From Rikenellaceae bacterium (GTDB lineage: Bacteria; Bacteroidota; Bacteroidia; Bacteroidales; UBA932), in NCBI GenBank assembly GCA_900769885.1, contig CAAGIG010000087.1:12966-76965 (forward strand): a stretch of 64,000 bases of DNA. The letters run 5' to 3'. Below are positions 31,290 through 41,039 of this stretch, one piece after another (position 1 is the stretch's first letter; every line of letters begins with the position of its first letter). Position numbers and translations under genes: made by a program. Under the pieces are notes generated by a model that saw only the letters and a program-made list of their open reading frames with translations, did no database searches and was not told where the DNA came from.

Positions 31290-31736
31290 TTAAAGGATGA
31301 TAGCCTTACCTTCCAAAGCTTCGATTTTAGCGATAGCTGTTTTTGAGAAAGCATCAGCTGTTACTTCGAGTTTTACTGTCAACTCACCATTACCAAGGAT
31401 TTTAACTTTGTCGTTTTTAGAAACTAGACCAGCCTCGATAAGATTGTCGAAAGTAATAACTGTTAGACCTCTCTTTTCGCTCAATGATTGAAGAGTAGAA
31501 AGGTTTACAGCTTTGTACTCAACTCTAGTAGGGTTGTGGAAACCAAATTTAGGCAGACGTCTTTGGATAGGCATCTGACCACCCTCGAATCCGATTTTTC
31601 TTGAATAACCAGAACGAGATTTAGCACCGTTCATACCACGTGTTGATTGTCCACCGTGACCTGAACCTTCACCTCTACCGATACGTTTTTCTCTCTTAGT
31701 AGAACCTTTTGCGGGTGTTAAATTATTTAATTTCAT
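31290..31736 (-). CDS. rplO: 50S ribosomal protein L15
   Basis: 148 aa with KRIGRGEGSGHGGQSTRG. Confidence 0.95.
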   Translation of the reverse strand: MKLNNLTPAKGSTKREKRIGRGEGSGHGGQSTRGMNGAKSRSGYSRKIGFEGGQMPIQRRLPKFGFHNPTRVEYKAVNLSTLQSLSEKRGLTVITFDNLIEAGLVSKNDKVKILGNGELTVKLEVTADAFSKTAIAKIEALEGKAIIL

Positions 31737-31753
31737 CTGATAAACCTCCGTGA

Positions 31754-31936
31754 TTAGTTAATTTCTTCTACTTTAACAAGGTGTAGAACTTTTTGAATCA
31801 TACCGTTGGTAACGGGAGTAAGTTCAATTTCTACTGATTGATGCATACGGCGAAGACCTAAAGATACAAGGTTAGCTCTTTGTCTTTGGGTTGAACCGTT
31901 TTTACTTTTGATTTGTGTTACTCTAACTTTTGCCAT
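31754..31936 (-). CDS. rpmD: 50S ribosomal protein L30
   Basis: 60 aa with VRVTQIKS....QRANLVSLGL. Confidence 0.9.
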   Translation of the reverse strand: MAKVRVTQIKSKNGSTQRQRANLVSLGLRRMHQSVEIELTPVTNGMIQKVLHLVKVEEIN

Positions 31937-31947
31937 GTTGCACCTCC

Positions 31948-32466
31948 TTATCCTTTAAATACTCTTTGCATAGGAATACCGCGAACACCAGCAATTGTAT
32001 ATGCATCACGAAGTTCTGCAAGTGCAGCGATAGTAGCTTTCACCAAGTTGTGAGGGTTTGATGAACCTTTTGATTTAGCCAACACGTCGTGTACACCAGC
32101 TGATTCGAATACTGCACGCATCGCACCACCGGCGATAAGACCGGTACCGGGAGCTGCGGGTTTCATAAATACTCTTGCACCGCCAAATTTAGCTTCCTGC
32201 TCGTGAGGAATGGTTCTCTTGTTAAGAGGAACCTTTACAAGATTTTTCTTTGCATCTTCTATCCCTTTAGAGATAGCTGTAGTTACTTCGTTGGCCTTTC
32301 CGAGACCATAACCTACAACACCTTTCTCATCTCCAACAACAACGATAGCTGCGAAGCTGAAGTGGCGTCCACCTTTGGTTACTTTTGTAACTCTTTGAAC
32401 CGCTACCAATCTGTCTTTAAGTTCAAGATCGGTGGTTTTTACTTTCTTTACGTTGATATCTGCCAT
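31948..32466 (-). CDS. rpsE: 30S ribosomal protein S5
   Basis: 172 aa with [24 protein letters not shown]. Confidence 0.95.
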   Translation of the reverse strand: MADINVKKVKTTDLELKDRLVAVQRVTKVTKGGRHFSFAAIVVVGDEKGVVGYGLGKANEVTTAISKGIEDAKKNLVKVPLNKRTIPHEQEAKFGGARVFMKPAAPGTGLIAGGAMRAVFESAGVHDVLAKSKGSSNPHNLVKATIAALAELRDAYTIAGVRGIPMQRVFKG

Positions 32467-32471
32467 GTCTC

Positions 32472-32834
32472 TTAGAATTTAAGACCGCCCTCGCGAGCTG
32501 CGTCTGCCAAACTTTTAACTCTTCCGTGATATAGGTAACCTCCGCGGTCGAAAGATACGGATGTAATACCTTTTTCAATTGCACGTTCAGCAACCAATTT
32601 ACCAACAAGCGCTGCGATTTCAGATGCAGTTTTACCTTTTACTGCTTCTGCCAAAGCTTTATCGTTTGAACCGGCATAAACAAGAGTCATACCTTTGGTA
32701 TCATCGATAACCTGAACATAAATTTGCTTATTACTTCTGAATACCGACATTCTAGGTCTTTCGGGAGTACCGTTAACCACTTTACGAATACGGTAACGAA
32801 TTCTTTGTCTTCTTTCAATTTTAGTCATTGCCAT
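32472..32834 (-). CDS. rplR: 50S ribosomal protein L18
   Basis: 120 aa with [20 protein letters not shown]. Confidence 0.95.
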   Translation of the reverse strand: MAMTKIERRQRIRYRIRKVVNGTPERPRMSVFRSNKQIYVQVIDDTKGMTLVYAGSNDKALAEAVKGKTASEIAALVGKLVAERAIEKGITSVSFDRGGYLYHGRVKSLADAAREGGLKF

Positions 32835-32851
32835 AATCTTGTCCCTCCTAA

Positions 32852-33412
32852 TTATTTAGCGCCTGCTGATTTACCAGCTTTACGACGAAGTTGTTCACCG
32901 ACAAACTTGATACCTTTACCTTTGTAAGGTTCTGGTTCTCTCAATGAGCGGATTTTAGCCGCAACTTGTCCGAGAAGTTGTTTGTCATAACTCTTAAGAA
33001 CGAGAATAGGGTTTTGACCCTTTTTAACAGCCTCAGCTTCAGCTTTGATTTCAGCAGGAAGCTGGAAATGAATATCGTGTGAGTAACCTAGGTTAAGTTC
33101 AAGGATTTGACCTTTAACTTCAACACGGAATCCCACACCAATCAACTCTTGTTTGATGGTATATCCAGTAGAGACACCAGTCACCATATTGTTGATTAGA
33201 GCACGATAAAGACCGTGCAATGAACGGTGACGTGGGCTATCTGTAGGACGAGCTACAGTTAGGATATTGCCGTCAACGGATACTTTGATGTCAGGGTTGA
33301 CTTTCTGACTCAGTTGTCCGAGCGGTCCTTTAACCATTACCACATTTGCAGAGTCTACTTCTACAGTAACTCCTTGTGGAAGGTGTACAGGCAATTTTCC
33401 AATTCTTGACAT
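32852..33412 (-). CDS. rplF: 50S ribosomal protein L6
   Basis: [15 protein letters not shown] start. Confidence 0.95.
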   Translation of the reverse strand: MSRIGKLPVHLPQGVTVEVDSANVVMVKGPLGQLSQKVNPDIKVSVDGNILTVARPTDSPRHRSLHGLYRALINNMVTGVSTGYTIKQELIGVGFRVEVKGQILELNLGYSHDIHFQLPAEIKAEAEAVKKGQNPILVLKSYDKQLLGQVAAKIRSLREPEPYKGKGIKFVGEQLRRKAGKSAGAK

Positions 33413-33436
33413 TTTCTATACTTTTTTAAAAAATTA

Positions 33437-33832
33437 TTAATAAACATAACAAATTACCTCGCCACCTACGTTAAGTTCTCTAGCTTCTTTGTCGGTGATG
33501 ATACCTTTTGAGGTAGAGATGATAGCGATACCTAGTCCGTTCAATACGCGTGGTAGATCTTCTACACCTGCATATTTTCTAAGACCTGGTGTACTTACAC
33601 GTTTGATTTTCTTAACTGCAGCTTGTTTGGTTACAGGATGGTATTTAAGAGCCATCTTGATAGTGCTGCAAGGAGTACCCTCTACAAGTTTGTAGCTAAG
33701 GATATATCCTTTCTCGTGAAGAATACGGGTAAGTTCCATTTTCATTTTTGAAGCGGGAACTTCTACAATTTTGTGTTTTGCGAGATACGCATTTCTAACT
33801 CTGGTTAGAAAATCTGCTATTGGATCAGTCAT
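33437..33832 (-). CDS. rpsH: 30S ribosomal protein S8
   Basis: MTDPIADFLTRVRNA start. Confidence 0.95.
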   Translation of the reverse strand: MTDPIADFLTRVRNAYLAKHKIVEVPASKMKMELTRILHEKGYILSYKLVEGTPCSTIKMALKYHPVTKQAAVKKIKRVSTPGLRKYAGVEDLPRVLNGLGIAIISTSKGIITDKEARELNVGGEVICYVY

Positions 33833-33914
33833 TTTTAAATTAGTTTTTTAAGATTCGACAACCCTTGCGGGTGCCCGATATCCAATTGTTATTAATTATT
33901 GTTTATAATAGTTG

Positions 33915-34184
33915 TTACCAACTTGCTTTTTTAACTCCGGGGATCAAACCTGCACTTGCCATTTCACGGAACTGAATACGGCTGATACCGAAAATACGCA
34001 TATATCCTTTTGGACGTCCTGTGATAGAGCAACGGTTGTGCTGACGGCAAGGGCTTGAGTTCTTAGGAAGTTTGTCAAGAGCTGCCCAGTCACCTGCTTC
34101 TTTTAGGGCTTGGCGTTTTTCTGCATATTTAGCGCATAGTTTCGCACGTTTCACTTCACGTGCTTTCATTGATTCTTTTGCCAT
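33915..34184 (-). CDS. rpsN: 30S ribosomal protein S14 (long form)
   Basis: 89 aa with [13 protein letters not shown]-like [20 protein letters not shown]. Confidence 0.95.
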   Translation of the reverse strand: MAKESMKAREVKRAKLCAKYAEKRQALKEAGDWAALDKLPKNSSPCRQHNRCSITGRPKGYMRIFGISRIQFREMASAGLIPGVKKASW

Positions 34185-34193
34185 ATATCTTTA

Positions 34194-34790
34194 CTATTTT
34201 TTATTCTTAAAGGGCAATCCAAATTCACGTAGTAGAGCGTATGCTTCTTCGTCTTTGTCTGCTGAAGTCACGAAAGTGATTTCCATACCGAAGATTTTGG
34301 TAATCTTGTCGATGTCGATTTCAGGGAAGATGATTTGCTCTTTGATACCAAGAGTGTAGTTACCTCTACCATCAAATTTCTCGTTGATACCGTTGAAGTC
34401 TCTGATACGAGGAAGAGAGATAGCGATAAGTCTTTCAAGGAATTCGTACATTTTGGTAGAACGTAGGGTAACTTTCACACCAATTGCTGTACCTTTACGA
34501 AGCTTGAAGTTAGAGATATCTTTCTTAGAGTAAGTAGTAACAGCTTTTTGACCTGCGATAGCAGTAAGTTCCTGTTGTGCAACTTCTACTAGTTTTTTAT
34601 CTCCTGTAGCAGCTCCGATACCTTGGTTAATGGTAATTTTAACAAGCTTGGGAACTTGCATAACTGAAGCATAACCAAACTCTTTTTGAAGTTTAGCTAT
34701 AATCTCTTCTTTATATTTCTTTTGAAGATTAGGAACGTATCCTTCCAAGCTAACTTGTTCTTCTTTTTTAACCTCTGCTTTCTTTGCCAT
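34194..34790 (-). CDS. rplE: 50S ribosomal protein L5
   Basis: 198 aa with [14 protein letters not shown]. It has an N-terminal extension of about 15 aa. Confidence 0.9.
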   Translation of the reverse strand: MAKKAEVKKEEQVSLEGYVPNLQKKYKEEIIAKLQKEFGYASVMQVPKLVKITINQGIGAATGDKKLVEVAQQELTAIAGQKAVTTYSKKDISNFKLRKGTAIGVKVTLRSTKMYEFLERLIAISLPRIRDFNGINEKFDGRGNYTLGIKEQIIFPEIDIDKITKIFGMEITFVTSADKDEEAYALLREFGLPFKNKK

Positions 34791-35113
34791 TACTTAATCT
34801 CCTGTGATGATTTTTTAGCATAACGAACCAATTTTCCGTTTTCACCTACACGACGACCGATTTTGGTAGGACCACCGTTTACAGGGTCAACTACTTGTAG
34901 GTTAGAAATATGAATTCCTGCTTCTTGTTTGATAATACCACCTTGAGGATGTTTAGCGTTAGGTTTGGTGTGTTTGCTAACCATATTGATTCCCTCAACG
35001 ATAGCGCGATCTTTTTTAGTGATAACTTCTAGGACTTTACCGGTTTTACCCTTATCATTCCCAGCGTTCACATAGACCATGTCTCCTTTTTTAATATGTA
35101 ATTTTCTATTCAT
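34790..35113 (-). CDS. rplX: 50S ribosomal protein L24
   Basis: 107 aa with [24 protein letters not shown]. Its stop overlaps the rplE start (TAATG). Confidence 0.95.
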   Translation of the reverse strand: MNRKLHIKKGDMVYVNAGNDKGKTGKVLEVITKKDRAIVEGINMVSKHTKPNAKHPQGGIIKQEAGIHISNLQVVDPVNGGPTKIGRRVGENGKLVRYAKKSSQEIK

Positions 35114-35127
35114 ATCAATACCTCCTA

Positions 35128-35493
35128 TTATAATACCTCAGGCGCTAAAGAGACAATCTTCATATAGTTGTCACGCAACTCACGGGCAACGGGTCCGAAA
35201 ATACGGGTACCACGAACTTCACCCTGATTATTCAAAAGCACGCAAGCATTGTCATCAAAACGAATATATGAACCGTCGGGACGACGAATTTCTTTCTTTG
35301 TACGCACTACAACAGCCTTAGAAACTGAACCTTTTTTAGCGTCGCCGCCTGGTATTGCGCTTTTTACTGCGACTACAATTTTGTCGCCTACACTAGCATA
35401 ACGACGGCGTGTTCCACCCAATACACGGATACATAGAACTTCTTTAGCACCGCTGTTATCTGCAACTAATAAACGTGATTCTTGTTGTATCAT
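35128..35493 (-). CDS. rplN: 50S ribosomal protein L14
   Basis: [19 protein letters not shown] start. Confidence 0.95.
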   Translation of the reverse strand: MIQQESRLLVADNSGAKEVLCIRVLGGTRRRYASVGDKIVVAVKSAIPGGDAKKGSVSKAVVVRTKKEIRRPDGSYIRFDDNACVLLNNQGEVRGTRIFGPVARELRDNYMKIVSLAPEVL

Positions 35494-35496
35494 AGC

Positions 35497-35751
35497 TTAT
35501 TTAACTTTTTCTACGATTTCTACTAATCTCCAGCACTTGGTTTTACTCAAAGGACGAGTCTCCATAATGCGTACTGTATCACCCTCGTCGCATACGTTTT
35601 TCTCATCGTGAGCAACGAATTTTGTGGTTTTGTTTACGAATTTACCGTAAAGAGGGTGTTTTTCTTTAATTCTAACGGCAACTACGATAGATTTATCCAT
35701 CTTATTGCTAACCACTACCCCAATTCTTTCTTTGCGTAAATTTCTTTCCAT
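35497..35751 (-). CDS. rpsQ: 30S ribosomal protein S17
   Basis: 84 aa from an internal ATG ([24 protein letters not shown]). The tracked 115-aa ORF would overlap rpmC. Confidence 0.9.
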   Translation of the reverse strand: MERNLRKERIGVVVSNKMDKSIVVAVRIKEKHPLYGKFVNKTTKFVAHDEKNVCDEGDTVRIMETRPLSKTKCWRLVEIVEKVK

Positions 35752-35755
35752 AAAA

Positions 35756-35953
35756 TTACTCTGCTTTGTTTTCAAGTTCGGTAAGAATGGTAAGCATACG
35801 AGCGATGTCCTTACCTGCCTTTCTAATTTTTGATGTGTCTTCAATAGGGGAGACAGCGTGGTTTAGCTTCATTTGCTGAAGATTTGCTTTTTCTGCTTCA
35901 ATGCGTTCACGCAAATCTTTTACCGACATTTCGCGAATTTCATTCGATTTCAT
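35756..35953 (-). CDS. rpmC: 50S ribosomal protein L29
   Basis: 65 aa with [20 protein letters not shown]. Confidence 0.9.
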   Translation of the reverse strand: MKSNEIREMSVKDLRERIEAEKANLQQMKLNHAVSPIEDTSKIRKAGKDIARMLTILTELENKAE

Positions 35954-35972
35954 TTTCTACTCCTCCCTTAAA

Positions 35973-36395
35973 TTATTGTTCAACATAATCTCTACGCACT
36001 ACAAATTTTGTAGTTACAGGTAGTTTTTGAGCGCCAAGACGAAGTGCCTCTTTTGCGATTTCCAAGGGAACACCTTCAGCCTCAATAATCATACGACCAG
36101 GGGTGATAGGAGCAACGAATCCTTCAGGAGCACCTTTACCTTTACCCATACGTACTTCAGCGGGTTTCTTTGTGTAAGGTTTGTCAGGGAATACTCTGAT
36201 CCAAATTTTACCTTCACGTTTCATGTAACGTACTACCGCTTGACGAGCAGCCTCAATTTGTTGGCCAGTTAGCCAGCAAGACTCTAGTGTCTTGATACCG
36301 AAAGAACCGAATGAAAGTTCAGTACCGCGATGTGCGTTACCTTTCATACGTCCTTTTTGCTGCCTTCTAAACTTTGTTTTCTTTGGTTGTAACAT
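35973..36395 (-). CDS. rplP: 50S ribosomal protein L16
   Basis: [19 protein letters not shown] start; full length, 140 aa. Confidence 0.95.
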   Translation of the reverse strand: MLQPKKTKFRRQQKGRMKGNAHRGTELSFGSFGIKTLESCWLTGQQIEAARQAVVRYMKREGKIWIRVFPDKPYTKKPAEVRMGKGKGAPEGFVAPITPGRMIIEAEGVPLEIAKEALRLGAQKLPVTTKFVVRRDYVEQ

Positions 36396-36506
36396 TGTCT
36401 ATAAGTTTTTTAACTAATAAATTTCCGTTGTTTCTCCCTACGAAATCAGGCTTAACTGTTTGACTATCAAAAAGATAGACACATTTCACCCTATCATAGT
36501 GGATTG

Positions 36507-36537
36507 CAAATATAGGACATTTCTGCAAAACCACAAA
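36507..36537 (-). promoter_or_regulatory. putative full Bacteroidota promoter (-33 TTTG, 19-nt spacer, -7 TATATTTG) driving rplP and the downstream r-protein genes
   Basis: The minus strand reads TTTG-tggttttgcagaaatgtcc-TATATTTG. The -7 box ends about 110 nt upstream of the rplP ATG (36395). Confidence 0.55.
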
Positions 36538-36739
36538 TTTTTTTTACAATTTTTGACCGAGAAATTTTAAACCCAACCAATCTAAACTCAGCGAGTTACA
36601 AAAATGAAAGATTTTTCGAAACATACATTTTCGACACAGATGAGATCCCAGTTTTCACAATGAAATTTGCAGCTTGGAACAAAAATTGAAACAAGAAAAG
36701 GGCGACTCCGGAAAAAGAATAGTATCTTCGCCACAAATT

Positions 36740-37426
36740 ATGAGAAAAATAATCCTTCCCATACTGATAATTCTGCTGTCAATACCTGCAGCACTCTCCC
36801 AAAACCGCAACATACGCCCCAAAAAAAGCGTAAAGGGACAGAATGTGCTCCAATACCAAATCATCGACGGAGACACAATTTACTTTGACAACATTATCCC
36901 CGCAAGAGTTGTTGCCAGCAAGAAAAAAGGGAAAGAGTGGAGAAAATATTACAAACTAGTCTACAATTTTGCAAAGACATATCCATACGCACTAATCGCC
37001 AAGGAGATACTGATGGAAGCCGATTCAACCATCACAACCGAAGATATGAATAAAAGGAAGAAAAACAGATATGTCTCAAAACTTCAGGACGAACTTTTCA
37101 GCGTATTCGAGAAACCACTGAAAAACCTCACAATCACCCAAGGGCAACTTTTGCTCAAACTCATCCAAAGAGAAACCGGAATTCTCCCCTACGACATCAT
37201 CAAAACCTACAAAAGCAAAGCTGCAGCCGGATTCTGGCAAGGGATTGCCAGACTGTTCGGATCAAATATGAAAACCCCCTACGACAAAGAGGGGGAAGAT
37301 TCAGATACAGAAGAACTCGTCCAACTGTATCAACAAGGGGAATTCAACATCCTCTATTGGTCAATCTTTGGAACAGAACCACCGAAACCTGCCTCACGCC
37401 CCAAAAACGACTTTCCTCAATACTAA
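36740..37426 (+). CDS. secreted protein, DUF4294-like
   Basis: Starts at the ATG at 36740 (MRKIILPILIILLSIPAALSQ signal peptide). The track begins at an upstream TTG. The LTITQGQLLLKLIQRETG..YDIIK....AAAGFWQG pattern matches my recollection of DUF4294; needs an HMM check. Confidence 0.5.
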   Translation: MRKIILPILIILLSIPAALSQNRNIRPKKSVKGQNVLQYQIIDGDTIYFDNIIPARVVASKKKGKEWRKYYKLVYNFAKTYPYALIAKEILMEADSTITTEDMNKRKKNRYVSKLQDELFSVFEKPLKNLTITQGQLLLKLIQRETGILPYDIIKTYKSKAAAGFWQGIARLFGSNMKTPYDKEGEDSDTEELVQLYQQGEFNILYWSIFGTEPPKPASRPKNDFPQY

Positions 37427-38164
37427 AGAGTTATCTGAAGAATCATAGACGAGATACTCACCTGAGAGACTCCACTCTCCAAGAATAAAAAATTTCTCCC
37501 CGCCGGGCAATATCTGCTGAGTCGGCGTATGAAAATGGCCGAAAACAAAACAATCGACATCCTTTTCTGATGCAATCTCCACTGCATATTTGTAGATAGG
37601 TTCATCGCACCCTTTAAAAGTGTGGACAAAATCAAGATTCTTCTTCTTTCTGTTTCTCGAATGTGCAGACCAGGCATACCCTAACGCAAAAGACCACCTA
37701 GGGTGAATGGCACTATAAAGCTTTTGAATAAATTTATTATGGAATATATAACGGAGAATACTGAAACCCAATGCAGTATATCCAAGCCCATCCCCGTGGC
37801 CAAGACAAAACTTCTTTCCAGAAATTGAGACAAAATGAGGCTGGTCAAAGACTTCTATTCCAATCTCCTGTTCAAAATAGTTATAGCTCCAGACATCGTG
37901 GTTTCCGGGAGTAAAATATATCTTCACTCCACGATCCACCAATTGGGCCAATTTCCCCAGCACACGAGTATACCCGCGCGGAATAGTATATTTATACTCA
38001 TACCAATAGTCAAATATATCTCCCAGCAAATATATCGCAACTGCATCTTGCTCAACACTTTCCAAAAAAGAAAGAAATCTCTCCTCCGGAATATGGGCGT
38101 CGGGAGCAGATGGCCGCAAATGGACATCCGACACAAAATAATATTTTGTTCTCTGCTGAATCAT
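37394..38164 (-). CDS. lpxH: UDP-2,3-diacylglucosamine diphosphatase
   Basis: 256 aa with calcineurin-like metallophosphoesterase motifs (VSDVHL, LGDIFDYW, GNHD, GHGD, GHFH). Its 3' end overlaps the convergent gene by 33 nt. Confidence 0.75.
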   Translation of the reverse strand: MIQQRTKYYFVSDVHLRPSAPDAHIPEERFLSFLESVEQDAVAIYLLGDIFDYWYEYKYTIPRGYTRVLGKLAQLVDRGVKIYFTPGNHDVWSYNYFEQEIGIEVFDQPHFVSISGKKFCLGHGDGLGYTALGFSILRYIFHNKFIQKLYSAIHPRWSFALGYAWSAHSRNRKKKNLDFVHTFKGCDEPIYKYAVEIASEKDVDCFVFGHFHTPTQQILPGGEKFFILGEWSLSGEYLVYDSSDNSLVLRKVVFGA

Positions 38165-38170
38165 CCCCGT

Positions 38171-38998
38171 TTAGCTTAAATAATTCAAAACAAAACACAA
38201 AATGGCCGCACACAAACAATATATCGAGAAATAACGGAGCTTGGCCTTCTGAACAATCGCTATCATCCATCGGCAAGCAAGATACCCCGAGACAAACGCA
38301 CTCACAAAACCGAGCAGCAGCGCCGATGTGGAAATACCCGAAGAAGCGACAGACATTTCACCCGAAACCAATTCAAGGAAAGCCTCTCCCAAAATAGGAA
38401 CGAGGACCATCAAGAATGAAAATTTAGCAACACTCTTTTTATCAACGCCTAACATAAGACCTGTTGCAATAGTTGTCCCCGAGCGCGAGAGTCCGGGAAG
38501 AACCGCCACTGACTGAGCCAGCCCCATTATAAAAGCCTCTTTATAACCAACCTCTTTAGGAGTTCCCGAAGAAACTTTTCGCGAAAGTTGGCGGGCAGAA
38601 AGAAACTCTGCAAGTGTCAAAAGGAGAGCAGTAACCACAAGCATACAACCCACTATCAGCAATCCTGCTCCAAAAATTTCAGTCACCACATCTTTGAAAA
38701 AGACCCCCACTATAAAAATAGGAATCATAGAAACCCCAATCTTCAAAATGTATTGCATCTGAGAGTTATACTCAAACTTGAAAAAACCTTTCAAAAGATC
38801 AGCAATATCCTTCCTGAAGGCAACAATCGTACTCAAAACAGTAGCTGCGTGGACAACCACCTCGAAACTTAAATTATCAGCATTGACCCCGAAGAGTTCT
38901 TTGACCAAAGTCAAATGACCACTGCTGCTCACGGGCAAAAACTCAGTCAGACCTTGCACAAGACCCAACACTACCGCCTGTAGTTCTGTCATAAACAC
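38171..38998 (-). CDS. uppP: undecaprenyl-diphosphate phosphatase
   Basis: 275 aa with GLTEFLPVSSSGHL and PGLSRSGTTI motifs. Confidence 0.9.
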   Translation of the reverse strand: MFMTELQAVVLGLVQGLTEFLPVSSSGHLTLVKELFGVNADNLSFEVVVHAATVLSTIVAFRKDIADLLKGFFKFEYNSQMQYILKIGVSMIPIFIVGVFFKDVVTEIFGAGLLIVGCMLVVTALLLTLAEFLSARQLSRKVSSGTPKEVGYKEAFIMGLAQSVAVLPGLSRSGTTIATGLMLGVDKKSVAKFSFLMVLVPILGEAFLELVSGEMSVASSGISTSALLLGFVSAFVSGYLACRWMIAIVQKAKLRYFSIYCLCAAILCFVLNYLS

Positions 38999-39004
38999 CC
39001 GGTT

Positions 39005-39238
39005 TTATTTGTTTTTCTTCAAAGGCTTTATTCTGAGTATCGCAAAAATCTCAATAACAAAACCTGCAATAATCAAAAGGGGAGCTACATACATTCTCCT
39101 GAAACTGAACAAATCATAATTGAACACTTGCTGATTTTCAGCTCCTCCTCCAGAGAGAAGAATGTAACCCAGAATAATAAGAGCCAAACCGGCCAAAATA
39201 TAAACTATGTTTCTTTTAGGAATCGCAAACTTATCCAT
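39005..39238 (-). CDS. small two-TM membrane protein (DUF3098-like)
   Basis: 77 aa with two TM helices, in the conserved position between ftsX and uppP in Bacteroidota. Confidence 0.6.
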   Translation of the reverse strand: MDKFAIPKRNIVYILAGLALIILGYILLSGGGAENQQVFNYDLFSFRRMYVAPLLIIAGFVIEIFAILRIKPLKKNK

Positions 39239-39249
39239 ATATCTGATAT

Positions 39250-40128
39250 TTAATAATATAATTCATCTTTATTAAGGGAGATCATACTCCTTACGACAAA
39301 ACCTGTCGAAACTACACAAATCAGAACCCCCACTGCCACTACCAGAACAATAAGAAGTCCTAAAGCCGAGGGTTCCAAAAGGGTAAAGAGCTGATTGAAC
39401 TCATTTCTTATTATATATAAGGTAACAAGGAGATACACATTGGCTATAAGACCAGCTATCAACCCCTGAAAAAACGCCTGTCCGAGGAAAGGCCGCGAAA
39501 TAAAAAACTTCGTCGCACCAACAAGTCTCATAGTATGAATCACAAAACGCTTTGCATAAATGTTCAATCTGACCGTATTATTAATAAGGACAGTAGAAAT
39601 AAACATCAAAAGTAGTGTAAAACATCCGATAACATAACCGATTCTCTCAAGATTCGAATTAAGGAGCTCCACCATCGACTGCTGATAGACCACATCCTCA
39701 ACAACAGGATACTGACTGAGCACATATTCCACACGGGCAAGGCTGTCGGTAGAAATATAATCAGCCGCGACCTGCAACTCCAACGAGACTGGTATCGGAT
39801 TAACCTCGAACACATCGAGAAAGTCCTCCCCAAGCATCTGCTTCATTTGTTCAACACCCTCCTCCTTTGAAATAATCCGGGAGTCTTTGTAAAAGGGATA
39901 ACCTGAAATCTGCTCACTCAATTGTGACGCATCATCCTCCGAAGCCTCTACCGAAAGGACCACCGACACCGTTATGTTTTCCTTGAAATAATTTGAAACA
40001 GAACGGGCATTAAGCACCAGAAGGCCTGCCATTCCGATAAAGAAAAGTACCAGACTGATACTTATAATCGTTGAAAAATATGATCTCAACAACCTTCTGT
40101 TCAAAACATTACTTTCGTTCCTGCCCAT
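39250..40128 (-). CDS. ftsX: cell division protein FtsX-like permease
   Basis: 292 aa. One N-terminal TM helix, a periplasmic domain and three C-terminal TM helices with the FtsX-family segment IHTMRLVGAT. No adjacent ftsE. Confidence 0.8.
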   Translation of the reverse strand: MGRNESNVLNRRLLRSYFSTIISISLVLFFIGMAGLLVLNARSVSNYFKENITVSVVLSVEASEDDASQLSEQISGYPFYKDSRIISKEEGVEQMKQMLGEDFLDVFEVNPIPVSLELQVAADYISTDSLARVEYVLSQYPVVEDVVYQQSMVELLNSNLERIGYVIGCFTLLLMFISTVLINNTVRLNIYAKRFVIHTMRLVGATKFFISRPFLGQAFFQGLIAGLIANVYLLVTLYIIRNEFNQLFTLLEPSALGLLIVLVVAVGVLICVVSTGFVVRSMISLNKDELYY

Positions 40129-40151
40129 TTTGCTTCACATTATAAATTCCT

Positions 40152-40159
40152 CAAAGATA
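40152..40159 (-). promoter_or_regulatory. putative -7 box (TATCTTTG on the minus strand) for the ftsX operon
   Basis: Exact TAnnTTTG, 23 nt upstream of the ftsX ATG (40128). Confidence 0.45.
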
Positions 40160-40182
40160 ATTAAATTTAGATTTTTTATTAT

Positions 40183-40190
40183 TATCTTTG
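40183..40190 (+). promoter_or_regulatory. putative -7 box (TATCTTTG) for the glycogen-synthase-like gene
   Basis: Exact TAnnTTTG, 18 nt upstream of the ATG at 40209. Mirror partner of the ftsX box. Confidence 0.45.
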
Positions 40191-40208
40191 CAAAAAATAG
40201 CATCTAAA

Positions 40209-41039
40209 ATGAAAGAGACGAAAAGAGTATTGTTCGTTAACTCGGAAATTTTACCATACCTTCCTGAAACAAAGTTTTCAGCAATTGGTAGATATTTACC
40301 TCAAGGAATTCAAGAGAGAGGAAAAGAAATTCGCTCATTTATGCCACGATATGGCTGTATAAATGAAAGGAGAAACCAATTGCACGAAGTGATAAGACTA
40401 TCAGGAATGAATGTGGTTATCAATGACATAGATAGACCATTGGTTATTAAGGTTGCTTCAATTTCAGCAGCGAGAATGCAAGTCTATTTCATAGATAACG
40501 ATGACTACTTCCACCGCAAACAGATTTTCGAGAACGAGGAGGGACAATTCTTTGAAGATAACGACGAAAGAGCAATTTTCTTTGCAAGAGGAATCCTCGA
40601 AACCGTTAAGAAGTTGAGATGGAAACCCGATATCATCCATTGTAACGGATGGATTTCACACCTGGTTCCGCTATTCCTTAAAAAAGCATATAAGAATGAC
40701 CCTATCTTCACAGATGCAAAAGTTGTCGTTTCCATCTACGACGAATATATGAACGAAGCTTTTGATCCTGAGATGAAGGGCAAAATTTCTATGCCCGGAA
40801 TCAAACCCAAGGATATGGAGTTATTGAATGAGCCCAATGGCATAAATCTTGCGAAATTGGCTTTACAATATTCAGACGGACTTATTAAAGGTGTTGAAAG
40901 CATTAATCCAGAAGTAGAAGAGTTTGCAAAAGCACAAGGACTCCCTATTCTCGAATATGTTGAACAAGTGCAACCATCCGGAGAATATATTGACAGATAT
41001 AACGAATTTTACGACAAAATTTTAGATGAAGTCCGTTAA
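40209..41039 (+). CDS. half-size glycogen/starch-synthase-like protein (GT5 N-terminal domain only)
   Basis: 276 aa from the ATG at 40209. VLFVNSEILPY and PDIIHCNGWISHLVPLFLKK resemble the GlgA N-terminal domain. There is no C-terminal GT1 domain. Confidence 0.65.
   Translation: MKETKRVLFVNSEILPYLPETKFSAIGRYLPQGIQERGKEIRSFMPRYGCINERRNQLHEVIRLSGMNVVINDIDRPLVIKVASISAARMQVYFIDNDDYFHRKQIFENEEGQFFEDNDERAIFFARGILETVKKLRWKPDIIHCNGWISHLVPLFLKKAYKNDPIFTDAKVVVSIYDEYMNEAFDPEMKGKISMPGIKPKDMELLNEPNGINLAKLALQYSDGLIKGVESINPEVEEFAKAQGLPILEYVEQVQPSGEYIDRYNEFYDKILDEVR

Noticed and set aside
36396-36660. Possible rpsC pseudogene remnant upstream of rplP
   Set aside because: The minus-strand reading of this AT-rich spacer gives no S3-like peptide in any frame that I could recognise, and stops are frequent. 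It is better explained as a promoter and leader region.
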